From positions 47,184,001 through 47,248,000 of the forward strand of contig NC_058368.1 in assembly GCF_018350175.1 (NCBI RefSeq): a stretch of DNA of 64,000 nucleotides. Reading direction: 5' to 3'. This document shows positions 13,038-24,956 of this stretch, in pieces. A program made the position numbers and the translations under genes. The notes beneath the pieces are model-generated. The model searched no databases. It had not been told where the DNA came from and saw only the letters and a program-made list of their open reading frames with translations. The number at the start of each line of letters is the position of its first letter. The stretch's first letter is position 1. Origin of the DNA: Felis catus (taxonomy: Eukaryota).

Positions 13038-13828
13038 CATGAAAAGATGTTCAGCGTCGCTCCTTATCAGGGAAATACAAATCAAAACCACACTCAGGTA
13101 TCACCTCACGCCAGTCAGAGTGGCCAAAATGAACAAATCAGGAGACTATAGATGCTGGAGAGGATGTGGAGAAACGGGAACCCTCTTGCACTGTTGGTGG
13201 GAATGCAAATTGGTGCAGCCGCTCTGGAAAGCAGTGTGGAGGTTCCTCAGAAAATTAAAAATAGACCTACCCTATGACCCAGCAATAGCACTGCTAGGAA
13301 TTTACCCAAGGGATACAGGAGTACTGATGCATAGGGCCACTTGTACCCCAATGTTCATAGCAGCACTCTCAACAATAGCCAAATTATGGAAAGAGCCTAA
13401 ATGTCCATCAACTGATGAATGGATGAAGAAATTGTGGTTTATATACACAATGGAATATTACGTGGCAATGAGAAAAAATGAAATATGGCCTTTTGTAGCA
13501 ACGTGGATGGAACTGGAGAGTGTGATGCTAAGTGAAATAAGCCATACAGAGAAAGACAGATACCATATGGTTTCACTCTTATGTGGACCCTGAGAAATTA
13601 ACAGGAACCCATGGGGGAGGGGAAGGAAAAAAAAAAACAGGTTAGAGTGGGAGAGAGCCAAAGCATAAGAGACTGTTAAAAACTGAGAACAAACTGAGGG
13701 TTGATGGGGGGTGGGAGGGAGGAGAGGCTGGGTGATGGGTATTGAGGAGGGCACCTTTTGGGATGAGCACTGGGTGTTGTATGGAAACTAATTTGTCAAT
13801 AAATTTCATATAAAAAAAAAAAAAGAAG
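13038..13828 (+). mobile_element. 5'-truncated young felid LINE-1 (end of ORF2, 3'UTR, poly-A)
   Basis: ORF2 C-terminus, G-rich 3'UTR (13698-13739), AATAAA at 13798-13803, A-tail; perfect 15-bp TSD AAGAGTTTGATGCTT at 13023-13037 and 13829-13843. Confidence 0.97.
13039..13593 (+). pseudogene. L1 ORF2p C-terminal fragment (184 aa, cysteine-rich domain), no EN/RT
   Basis: [27 protein letters not shown]...[26 protein letters not shown]...[12 protein letters not shown]...CTPMFIAAL...[14 protein letters not shown] is the canonical L1 ORF2p C-terminus; uninterrupted. Confidence 0.95.
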
Positions 13829-14469
13829 AAGAGTTTGATGCTTAACTGGCCAAGCCACCCAGGTGCCCCCATTGCAGTGTTCTGAGATAAATTTTTAACA
13901 CGTGATAGCATTCTTAATTACTAAAACTTTATGGAACACAAAACTTTACTTTTAGGATTTTTTTCAAGCTTTCAAAGTAAGTAATGATTTACCAGCTAAA
14001 GGAAAAACATACTTAAGATCAAACCTGAACAGTAGTAATATCTTCAGGATTTTTGTCATCTTTTGTAGGTCTCTAATCTAGGTCTGGGGCAATAACAGAG
14101 TTAAATAACACATGCTAAACAGAAGAGTCCCAAGCCTGGCTCAGTCCTTACAACTTCAGGGGGAAGAGAGAGAGCTCAGGTGCTCCAGGAGCTCCAGGTA
14201 AGCTCACTTTCTCCCAGTAGTGGGAGCGAGAGGGGACCCAGAGCTCCAGGGGCCCATGACAAGACCCTACACTTTTGTCCCCCAATACCCATCACCTCCC
14301 ACCTACTATCTGCCTTGAGATCATTGGGATGAGTCTCCACCCTTATTCTTGTTTGCATTGGTTACGTGAAGCCCAGGGCTCCCAACTGGCCCCTCATGCC
14401 CTGCACTCCAACCACCATCTGGCTCATGAGCAGAGAAGCAACACAAGCCCTCCCCACACTCCCTGGTCC

Positions 14470-14912
14470 ACTCTTGTCCCCTTCACTGCTGTTCCCTTCA
14501 TAGCATTTATCATCATCTGAAAAACTATGTTTATATTTGTCTGTTTCTCTCCACTAGCATGTATGGTTAGTGAGGGCCTGTCCGTTTTTTGCATTGTTGT
14601 AGTCCAAGCATTTAAAATAGCTCACAGCAGGGGCGTCTGGGTGGCTCAGTCAGTTGAGTGTCCGACTTAGGCTCAGGTCATGATCTCACATTTGTGGGTT
14701 CAAGCCCTGCATCAGGCTCTGTGCTGACTGCTTGCTCAGAGCCTGGAGCCTGCTTCAGATTCTGTCTCCTTCTCTCTCTGCCCCTGCCCCGCTCACGCTT
14801 TGTCTCACTCTGTTTCTCAAAAATAAATAAAATGTAAAAACAAAAAAATTTTTTTTAAATAGCTCACAGCAACTAACAGTTGCTCAATAAATATAGGAGT
14901 GAATGAATGAAA
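14470..14912 (+). mobile_element. L2 3' end (interrupted by SINE at 14630-14856)
   Basis: ttcatagcatttatcatcatctg...gtctgtttctctccactag...tgctcaataaatataggagtgaatgaatgaa (L2 terminus). Confidence 0.7.
14630..14856 (+). mobile_element. Can-SINE (SINEC_Fc type)
   Basis: ggggcgtctgggtggctcag head; perfect 15-bp TSD AAATAGCTCACAGCA at 14615-14629 and 14857-14871. Confidence 0.96.
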
Positions 14913-15098
14913 TACAAAGAAATCATATGAATTGAATTAAATCAAGTTATATTTATCATGCTTTTAAGCATGTCAGGCACTTGGATGACTAGGCTGCTAT
15001 AAGTTAAGGATTAGAGACGTAAAGATTAAGGGTAAAAACTGGTGCCTTCTTTCCACATCCTTCATGCCTGATATTTGCCTTCATAATGTGAGTGTGTA

Positions 15099-15129
<31 letters not shown>

Positions 15130-15173
15130 TTATATATACATATATATGTGTGTATGCATATATATGTATATAT
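15099..15173. repeat. (TC)14 plus imperfect (TA)n microsatellite
   Basis: Read directly. Confidence 0.9.
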
Positions 15174-15612
15174 GACTCTGAAACCAAGCCCTAGAGAAAA
15201 TATTACCGATTTTGAATATTAATTCCATCTGCATAAAAGTAAGAAGAAAAAGCACAGACATGGTACTCCCTGTCGTCATCTACAATTTTTGATATATAGT
15301 TATATAAATTTACAATATTACAGGGACTATTTAGTGAGAAATGCACATTTTACAACGACTTGGGTCAAATTTCCTTATCTGGCAAGAAAAAATAATTTGC
15401 CTGGATGAGAAATTTTCAGTGAGGGAAATAAAGCACCAAAAGACATTGAAAGTCAGAAGAGAAAACAAGGTTATTAGTAGGCCTTTATGCAATTTATAAT
15501 CACCTACCTCTGGAGGGGTAAAAATGGTCCCGTTTCTCATTGTTGGCAATTCTTCTCAATGACCAATATGTCTACCAACATTTTCTTCTGGAAAATACAG
15601 TCAAAGTTGTAA

Positions 15613-15800
15613 CAGAAAATCACAGATGCAATCAAATTCATACTAATGGTTGAAATGCACCATATGTCCTCTGATACCTATGCACAATAGGGTGCAGGTT
15701 TAATGACTTTCTTATTGTGCCCCTGTTGTAATTAGGTATTAAAGGACATATGGTATGTTGCCGTTTTAACAGTGAATTTCCTTGTTTTTTATTGTTTTCT
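15613..15800. other. Long imperfect palindrome, probably an ancient palindromic non-autonomous DNA-transposon remnant
   Basis: 15659-15680 matches the reverse complement of 15733-15754 at 20/22; pairing continues inward and outward. Confidence 0.7.
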
Positions 15801-17594
15801 ATCAGAAGCTTAACAGTCTTTCAGGGTAGTATTAGTAGTGAGAATTAAACCACATGTTGATTTCATTTTTTTTTTAAGGCTTGGAATCTCATCTTGATTA
15901 GCCTTATTAGTGTAGTGCCAAAGAAAACATCCAAATCAAATCTATTTTCAGTTAATATGGAGTAAAACATGCTCGAATTGGTAAGAAAAAAGTGAAAACT
16001 CTTCTAGAAATATAGTCAGAATACTATATGTAGAGGTTTAGAAATCAAATAATAGTTTATTTGTCCAGAAAGTCACCAAAAGTGTGATGACTTGGAAATT
16101 CTTCAACCCTCTGGCAAACCATTTATTATCAAAATCATTTTTTGAAATTAAGCAACGACCTTATAAGAAATTGCTGTATAATTGGTAAAGGACACAATAA
16201 AATCCCAAACAAATATACTCGTAGCAAAAATCCAACTGAAAACAAAAAGTCAACGGAATAAGAGCTATGAGTCATGACGTTCAGTGTGTTCAAACACTAA
16301 GATTTTTCAGACCCAAAGAGCATGATAGATGCAAATTCAATAAGCTGGAAAAAAATCAGATCAGCTCAGACTATTTTTATTACCACACAAAAATGAATTA
16401 AGGGAACAAAGATGTGATAGCAAACTACACTATTTCAAGGCGTTTCAACTCTCACCTTAAACTTAAATCTAAATCTCTTCTCAGATTTTAGCATATATAC
16501 CAACCGAGCACTGAGTAGTTTTAAAATCAAGTGGTTCTTAGCATCTAGAAGGAATGTTACAGATTCCGAGGAAGGCAATTTTCACTGGATTCTACAGCAT
16601 TCCACTCGAGCTTTCCTAGATTTCTGCATTTCAGGTCAAAGAAAAGGAAAGATCCTATCATGCAAGTTGATATTCTTCAGTCGTAAGCATGGCTACGCAT
16701 CCCTGTCCCAGTCAGCACGAGGGCACATTACAAGATAGCCAGCCAGGCTTCCAAATGAGCCATGAAGATTAATAAAATACAATCTCCAGCGGATGTTGGC
16801 ACCTCCCTGTCAAGCTAGCTAATGAGTACTGTGTTACTGTAAGAGTCAACTGTCACATTATCTCTGGACTAATAAATGGATTCTAAGACAAATAACAATA
16901 CACAACTAAAATTCAGTCTGAAAAGAGCTTTTCATTTATTGCAGCCTGGTGCAGCCCCAAGAGGCTCTCTAGCTGTCGACACCATAAGCAATGTCACTTT
17001 TTATAGGAAGTATTCAATAGGGGTGAAGTCAGTGTAGGAAAAAGAAATCTAGGGTTGTTTTTTCCAAATTCAGGGTTTAAAATTAATTGTTAAGTTTCAC
17101 TCATACAGATCTGAGAAATTTATATTTAGAGAAAAATGTGTCTAACTAGTGAGTCTGCCAGGAATGTAGTGGACAAAGCTTGTTTGGGGGAGATAGTTCA
17201 CATTTGGGAAATTTTTAATTTAAAATAAGAATCTATACCTTGTAGTGATACATTTATTAGAAATGAACTTCACCTCAGACATGAGATCCCACTGCAGTCA
17301 TTTTGTCTATGTGTCTTTCCAGAATCTGTACCAGAGGAAGGAGGCTGCACAGGAAACTATAAATGTTGACATCACACACATAATTCTGTTTCTGCCAATG
17401 CAGTGTCAGTATCCTCGAATTTATTCTGATTAAGAAAGTATATGCGTAGTATAATAGTAAGAAATAATTAGTTACAAAAACAATAGTTACAAAAGATCCA
17501 GTTTTGTGAGAATTGTGGTAAACATAGTGAAGGGCATGACAAGGAAATCATTTTATCTAGTTTGTAATTGCTATGAACAGAGAAAGAAGAACTC

Positions 17595-17621
17595 AAAGGA
17601 AGGGAAGGGAAGGAAGAGAGA

Positions 17622-17682
<61 letters not shown>

Positions 17683-17878
17683 AGAAAAAGAAAGAAAGAA
17701 AGGAAGGAAGGAAGGAAGGAAGGAAGGAAGGAAGGAAGGAAGGAAGGAAGGAAGGAAGGAAGGAAGAAGGAAAAGAGGAAAAATAAGGGAAGGAGGGAGG
17801 GAGGGAGGAAGGAAAGAGAAAGAAAGGGAGGAAAGGAGAGGAAAGAAAGGAAAGGAAAAAGAGAAGAGAAAGAAAAAA
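17595..17878. repeat. Compound (GAAA)n-(GGAA)n purine microsatellite
   Basis: 284 bp of A/G with one T (17784); roughly 14 GAAA units then roughly 16 GGAA units. Confidence 0.97.
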
Positions 17879-18959
17879 TATAGGAAGCACTCAGTGTCTT
17901 TGTGCACTCAAAGATGTTATTATTCGTTTTAATATTATTCGTTTTAACCCATCCATGTTTCATAATGTCCTCCTGATCTATCATTTATAATAACATAATA
18001 AACCAGAACTCGACATCAGAGAAAGTGTGCTTCTGAACATAGGTGGTAGAGGTTCATTTACTCACTAACTTCTGGGAAAATTGCAAAAGGGAAAGAAAGC
18101 ACAAAAGAATTACTTACATAATGGGTTGGATGTCTAGTCTCCCCAACCCAGTATTCAAAATTATGGTAGTAGCTTAGCACCTGTATTGGGGAAATGCTTG
18201 TTCCATTCGTCTTGAATTTCTATTGCTTTCGTGTTGTAAACTCGACCCCAGAGACCTAAGAGATCTTCGTCCCTCGCTGTATACACGCACTCATAATGTA
18301 CTCTGTGCAGCACCGGCACATAGTAGCTGCCTAAGAAATATCAGTCTCTCCCTCCCTTCCACACTAGCTCTTTTTCCTCCCTAACTCACTCCTTCTCCCT
18401 GCTCTGGATTTAACTTGCAAGCGCTAATTGTCCAGAAGATGGAATTCAGTTGTTCTGAAAGTGTTCATTCCACAGTTCTCCGTGCCCCTCCCAGCTCCAT
18501 CAAGATTGATACCAGGTAAGACGCTTGCAAAGGTTTTTCATACTCAAAGAGTTCAGTTTTTTCATTTCAATACTGGAATCATTCCACAAAATTTTAGTTT
18601 AGTTTAGGAAGCACACGAGATTGTGAAAATGTTAGCTACTGTTATTGCCATGACTATATTATTATTGCTGTTATGATGATGGCGAGGATGGTGGTTGCCA
18701 AGAAATTTACTATTTTCTTCAAACCATGTCACCCCTGAAAGAATGAGCTCCCCGGGTTTACCTCCTTCCATTTGAAATAGTGCTTCCCTTTATTTGTTTC
18801 TTGTATTTCCTACAGACCTGTAGAATAAAGGTTCTACACCCAAATTATTAGGTATTTATATCGTTTCATGCTTCGAAGAATGCTTTCTCATTCTCGTCCA
18901 CGTCGCCTTATCATTCTTTCACAGCTCTGGAGATCTTTGATATGTATGATTTAATTATT

Positions 18960-19190
18960 ATCACTAACAAACGTCATGGGGGTGGTGCGCATAACCTTCA
19001 AAGATTTCTGCGTGGAATAACATCATTTCTTAGACTTTTACAACAAACCTGTGAGGCAGGTATTATGGTCATATGCATGAGAAGATTCAACATCACGAGG
19101 AATGAAGGACCTGCCTAAGGTCATACTGCCAGAATGTCGCGGATTAACTGAAATGCAGGTCCTCTGAGCTCCGTGCCGCACCCCCTTCTA
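18960..19190 (-). mobile_element. MIR remnant
   Basis: acaacaaacctgtgaggcaggtattat...gacctgcctaaggtcatac...aatgcaggtcctctga. Confidence 0.65.
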
Positions 19191-19689
19191 GCCGGGCGTT
19201 ATGTGAATACATATCTCTGTCCATCTCATTTTTAGAGGAGGGGCCTTTAACCTCGGCCAGGCTCCAGAACAGTTTCAGTCTTTTTGGTCGCCTTCAGATG
19301 GCACTCCTTCCCACATACAACATCCATCATTGTCACTATCTTATCGGGGCTTTCTCCCTCATGTAGGTATGCAGTTTTTAGGTACATTTATACTGAGATG
19401 TAGACACTTGATAGTTTTACCCCAAAGAGGAAAAGGGAAAGGAAAAGTCAGAGGAGGATAGCAAAAGATGAAGAGAAAAACTGCTTACAATAGACTTCAC
19501 TACTCACTGCATAAATGTGCCCTTTTCTTATCCCTCAGGCTGCCATGACAGGAAAGAACATTCTCCGAGATCAGAGCTGTGTCCCTCAACTGTCACATAT
19601 GTTGAGGACACTTCGGCCAGCCAAGGATAGAGGAGGATGGTAGGATCTTGCCCAGTGTTTCCTTTCATGCAATGCATAGGAGGGCGGCA

Positions 19690-19900
19690 ATAAATACAAA
19701 GATGAGATCTCTGTGCCAGGCACTTTGCACGTCATTCAATTCTCACAGCAACTGAAAGCGAAGTACTACTGTCATTTGATTCTAAGGATGGGAAAACTGA
19801 GACTCTGTAAATTAAATAACTCGACTAAGGCGACACACAGAGATAGAGCAGAGTTGGGATGCAGACTCAGACTATCGACATCCCTCCCATAAGAACATTA
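19690..19900 (-). mobile_element. MIR remnant
   Basis: ctgtgccaggcactttgcac...ctcacagcaac...ggaaaactgagactc...aaggcgacacacag...gcagagttggga. Confidence 0.75.
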
Positions 19901-22900
19901 TTCCACCACCAAAACGAAACCTCCACTTGGGCATCTCCCTGGGAGGGTGTTGACTGAAGAAAGCATTATGATGGATATTTGACATTCTCCCTTTCACGAA
20001 GCAGCTGTCCCCAGGATCCCCAGACAACCGCCCTAATCTTATTCAACTCTCTGTTTAGGGGCTTGTCGAAACAGAGGGAACAACAGTCACACAATCTCCT
20101 CAGCCCGCTGACACAGTGGTTCTGCTCAAATGAATCACTGGTGGGCACAAACGGGAAGAGCCGCCTAGGAAAGATGTTTCCCTCTACCCCCCAGTTCTAA
20201 GCGACGCACTATTGTGTGTTCCAGGCCCAAAGAGAAGATCTGCAGTAAATTACACGTGTCAGTAACATTTGTGGGCTCTTTGTCAGGGCACAGGACCCCA
20301 AATGACTGAGCCAAAAGCCTGAATTAACGGGAGAGGCTGTTGGTTTTCACTAAGCAGGATCTCTAGGCAGTGTCAGAAAAACACAGTCTTTGTTGTATCT
20401 TCTTTGTGTAGGAACGGGACGCTTTTCCAGCCGAGTCCGTTTCATGCCAGCTTGGTGGGCCTGCAACTTTTTAAAAATTCACTTAAAAAAAAATAAAGAG
20501 CATGTCCAAGAATAACAAATGAGAAATTTATATCTTCAAAATATGTAGATTTGAGATTTGTTTTGGAAAAAAAAATGCACAAGGCTCTACTGAGCATCTG
20601 TAACAATGATATATCTACACATTATATGGCCAGCTATCTTTAGTTTGTTTTTATATCCTGTGGAGTGTGACATCTGTGCAAAAATTATGAACTGACTCAT
20701 ATACATGAGGTGCTTATTCAGAGTTTGAAAAATGGGCCTATTCTTCTATAGTCCAATTATTCATGAAGAAATTAGAAAGAAACTTTAAAATCTGGGAATC
20801 TTTTTCTTAATTTATTTGTGTGTTACTCGAGTCAGCCTGATCAAGCAGAAACTATCCATAACGAGGGTGAAGGTTTTTCTAAGTGGGTTAATTATATTTA
20901 TTTTCATGGCCACCAGTCCCTCATTTGCTTTTTATAAATTACTCAGGGCAAGGGGCTAATCTCTGTGATCGCTCTCAATCTAGACGTAACAGCTCAACCT
21001 TTCACTTGAAGTGGATCTTTTCTATTACAACCCTTTTATGAACCACCTGTAAAAGGAAGGAAGGCTATATCCACGTGAAGATATAGATATATGCATATAA
21101 AAATTTATAACTATTCCCTAATCACTCAGACGTGTAGGCTAAGCATCACTTATGATTACTACACAGATACTATTATACAAAGAAGTACATTTATATGGAA
21201 AACTAAAGAAAGCTTTTATTATAAGAATAAATGTTCACTGATGCTTAACTCTAACTATCCTATTAATGCAACAATAAGGAGATTCATTCATCTTTGTCAG
21301 TCCATATTTAAGCCCCCTTAAGTATGTCTTCAGGCAACTAAGAGAAATTAGATGATTCTCTCTCTCACTTTGCTATCCTTGCATGAAATTCTACCCCTAC
21401 TCTCCCCCTTCTACTCCTTTCAGACTCTTCTACTCCTAAATAAATTTTCAATCAGCATTCCAGAATGGAAAGTTAATCCTTTATTTATTTGAAATTCTTT
21501 GCAAACAGCTGTTTGCTCCAACTGTTTTGACATCAATCAAGACTGGGGTTGGGTCAGGATATACAATGCACACATCCAGAATAACTGACTTCCATCTCCC
21601 GGCCAGTGCACTTTGAAAGTTGAGGCCAGGGTAGGAGGTGGTGAGAGAGGGAGAGTAGAAGGTAACAGAGAGGAAGGAAGGTAGAAAACTAATTTTCCTT
21701 GGGCACCTGCTACGTGGCAGGCACGGTACACAGTACATTCACATATGTTATGGGAAGGGATGATTTCTTCCCAGTTTCTCAGGTTTTTGGAGTTGACTTT
21801 GTAAAACATGAAAGCAACAGAGAGTTGGAAATTTATGAGCTTGGAGTCAAATTTCCCTTCGGCTTCAGGATCTTCTACGTGTAACACTAGACACGCACAT
21901 CTCAGAGTCAGGGACTGACCCTGACCCTCCTAAGACCTTGTTACTCCTTGCACGGGGGGCCCAAGCCTGTGTTCTCTGGCATGCCAGTGAGCAGAAAACT
22001 CAAGTGCACACCTTTACAAATGAAAGAGATACCTTCTTCTCTGCTGTCTTCAGAAAAACGTTAGTTAGCAACACCGTCATCCATAAACTGTAACCCCACC
22101 ACACATCACTTTACCAGTGCAGTTTTGTTTTTACATTCTCTAAGATTCCCTTTTTAAATCTATACATGGGGTCATGTGTTAATTCAGTACTGGGCGCTAC
22201 CCCATTTGTCAGTTAATAGCTTAGCAAGGGTCAGTGAGAGATAACCGGTGCCTTTGAAATATGAGACAAGAGTCTGAAAGATGACCTAGGAGTCCAGTCG
22301 AGGAAAAGGGTGGATGTCCGGAAGGGAACTCTAAAGAGAAGTAAGTGTGCTGGTATGTGGGGACGAAGGGACAGATTGATACATAATCAGTATTGGCTAG
22401 CTGTCTACGTGTTGCTGAAGTGGCGTATGGAGTAATTGTATAAAAACACTGAAAAGAAATAAGGCCATGTCGATAGCTATTTTTATAAATTCAATTGGTT
22501 ATTTTGACTTTTAAAAACTGTCCTCATCATGCAAATTCAGTCTCTCCCACCAAAAAAGGAAAGCTGTTTCTTGCTCCAAGAGGCACTGAGCCTATATGAA
22601 CGATTGCATGAAAAATCAGTAAAAGCAGCTGTGAGAGGGGTACGAATGTCATTTTTGCTTGCCGGAGAATCTCTGAAAGCAAGATTGCCAAGGAGTGGGC
22701 AACAGCGGCTTGTGCAACAATTCTCTACTATTGATTTTTTTTTCCTTTGTAAATACCTTGTGATAAAAGATTTTTTTCGGGTCTCTAAAAATAAAAAATA
22801 AAAAAATCAAACTACAGAGACAAGGCCTTTTTAATATTTTGCAAGGCTGACAACATCATTGTTAATAAGGCATTTATTGGGGGCCCACTGAGCACGGTGA

Positions 22901-23339
22901 CATTCCAGCTCAACACTCTGGCTTCCCACCACGGTCCCCGCTGGACGCCAGCCTATCCGTGCAGTTAAACGTCTGCGATGCAGCTCTCTTCGTTTATTGT
23001 TAATTAACTTTAGGTCTAGATCCCATCCACATACAACTTAAAATACAAATTGTGTGCACTTTGAACATGGTCTTTGAACGTTCCTCACTAATTGTTTAAA
23101 TGACGTGCGGATTTTGTCTCTAGCAGTTGGTTTCACTTTAACCTTTGGACAAATTGAAAACTTTTTTTTTTTTCGTAAAACTCCATTCTTCTTTGTAGTC
23201 TTAATTTTGTACCACAGGGACTGTTTAATAAGCAGTTTGCAGGTAGAAAAGAAAGACCTGATGACCCAATATTCTCTGTTTTCCCCAGTGATTAGATGTA
23301 GAAATTAGTCAAAAAAAGAAAAAAGAAGAAAAAGGAAAA

Positions 23340-24330
23340 AAAAAAGGAAACTGGATTATGATTGGTTACATATATACAGGAGCAATTCCCTGAAGTCGTT
23401 AAGGGAGCAATAATGAGAGAAAGTTGTTGCTAAAATTGATTTTAGGCGGAAGCCGGTTTCATTTCCCTAAAAAATCTTTTGTATATTTATTTAGTAATTG
23501 CTCATGAAATAATGCTTTAGACAGGCATTTTAGAAAGCATACCTCCTGTTTAATAAATCTGAGACTTTGATAATTATTAATGCACAAACGCCAGCAGAGA
23601 GATGCTTTATTCCCCATGTCATAGTACAGCTATTAATGATACTCAAAGGAGTGAAAATTACCATTTCGGAAGTGTCCAAAGCAGTAAACTGGTAAACAAG
23701 CCGGCAGTTAGGGCTATGGATGATGTGAATCAACAAGGGTGAAAAGATTTGGTTAATCTGTGTATTAGTGTTAATAGGAATAGATTATAGAGGAATATTT
23801 GTGATGTGACCTTCTGTGCACTAATTGAAATAGTATTCAGAGTCAGCATTGGCGTAATCAAGTTAAACACGGAATCATAAATCATCATGAAAAGTGCTGT
23901 CACAACTTCGCCGTTAATGCCCTGGACTGCTGGGCAGCCTCGCGAAAATATCTGCTATGCCGATCTTTAGGTTAATAGGAACAGAAATGGCATTTAAAGA
24001 CTATTTGGATCAAATCTGCTCTGAGGTTGAAAGTGTTCCTCTGTTAATTTACTGGTAATTTGAAGTGATGTAGTTAGGGTTAGAAGGAGCACAGCTGAGC
24101 CCCTTATAGCAAAACAAAGGGCTGTGGGAGTTTCTTCTAATATTTATTTAATTGCTTTAGGGTACAATGCTAATCAGTTTTAATATACATGTGTAGTTTC
24201 CTTTGTTTCTCAGATATAAAACAGTTGGCAAGTTGATCAAATGCGTATCATTAGCTATATAGCTTCAGGTGATGCATTTGACAATGACAACTTCAGCATC
24301 CTTACATTTACCAAACAGAAAGGTTTTATT
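23340..24330. promoter_or_regulatory. Candidate conserved non-coding element / developmental enhancer
   Basis: ~1 kb with no recognisable repeat, containing PBX-HOX (23877-23885), MEIS (23897-23902), MAF half-site (23840-23848), FOX GTAAACAA and ETS CGGAAG motifs; motif inference only. Confidence 0.4.
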
Positions 24331-24738
24331 GTGTACACATGGAAATATTTCTGACAAGTTAAACTATGATGTGTCCTGAGAAGGAACAAGAATTTACTAG
24401 CAATATTTTTCTTATGAACATTTTTTATTGATTGAATAGAATCAAACTAGCAGGCTTCAGAAAAACACAGAGGAATTTGTTAAGAAATGATATATACTAC
24501 TGCCAATAACACCCAGTGTCCCAATGCAGAGGAAGGTTGTGCTAATTTCACCAGTTACTCATCAGATCATGTAGACAATAAGATGTATGATTCTAAGAAG
24601 TAAAGGGCTTGTTTATTGTAATTTTCTCCAAATGCTATAAATTAATACAAATTCCAGCAGGCAACGGATAATAGAATCTTTTCAAAACTATGGCATTTTA
24701 CTTCAAATCTGAAAATGCCTCAAGTCTATCCAGCTTTA

Positions 24739-24956
24739 TCAACTTTTTTTTTTTTTTTTTTTTTTTTTTTGGGGACAGAGAGAGACAGAGCATGAACGGG
24801 GGAGGGGCAGAGAGAGAGGGAGACACAGAATCAGAAACAGGCTCCAGGCTCTGAGCCATCAGCCCAGAGCCCGACGCGGGGCTCGAACTCACGGACCGCG
24901 AGATCGTGACCTGGCTGAAGTCGGACGCTTAACCAACTGCGCCACCCAGGCGCCCC
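24739..24956 (-). mobile_element. Very young Can-SINE (CpG-rich felid subfamily)
   Basis: Near-consensus with many intact CpGs; perfect 17-bp TSD AAGTCTATCCAGCTTTA at 24722-24738 and 24957-24973; T27 run. Confidence 0.97.

Larger units (their letters stand above)
12861..13869 (-). mobile_element. Can-SINE interrupted by an L1 insertion (SINE parts 12861-13037 and 13829-13869)
   Basis: T-tail at 12861, SINE body to 13037, resumes after the L1 and ends gccacccaggtgcccc; SINE TSD cattgcagtgt(a/t)ct at 12848-12861 and 13870-13883. Confidence 0.93.

Noticed and set aside
13458..13911. Minus-strand ORFs over the L1
   Set aside because: Antisense readings of the L1 3' end and SINE
17468..17984. 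Five long ORFs (K/E/R-rich or F/L/S-rich) over the purine tract
   Set aside because: Artefacts of stop-free GAAA/GGAA microsatellite translation
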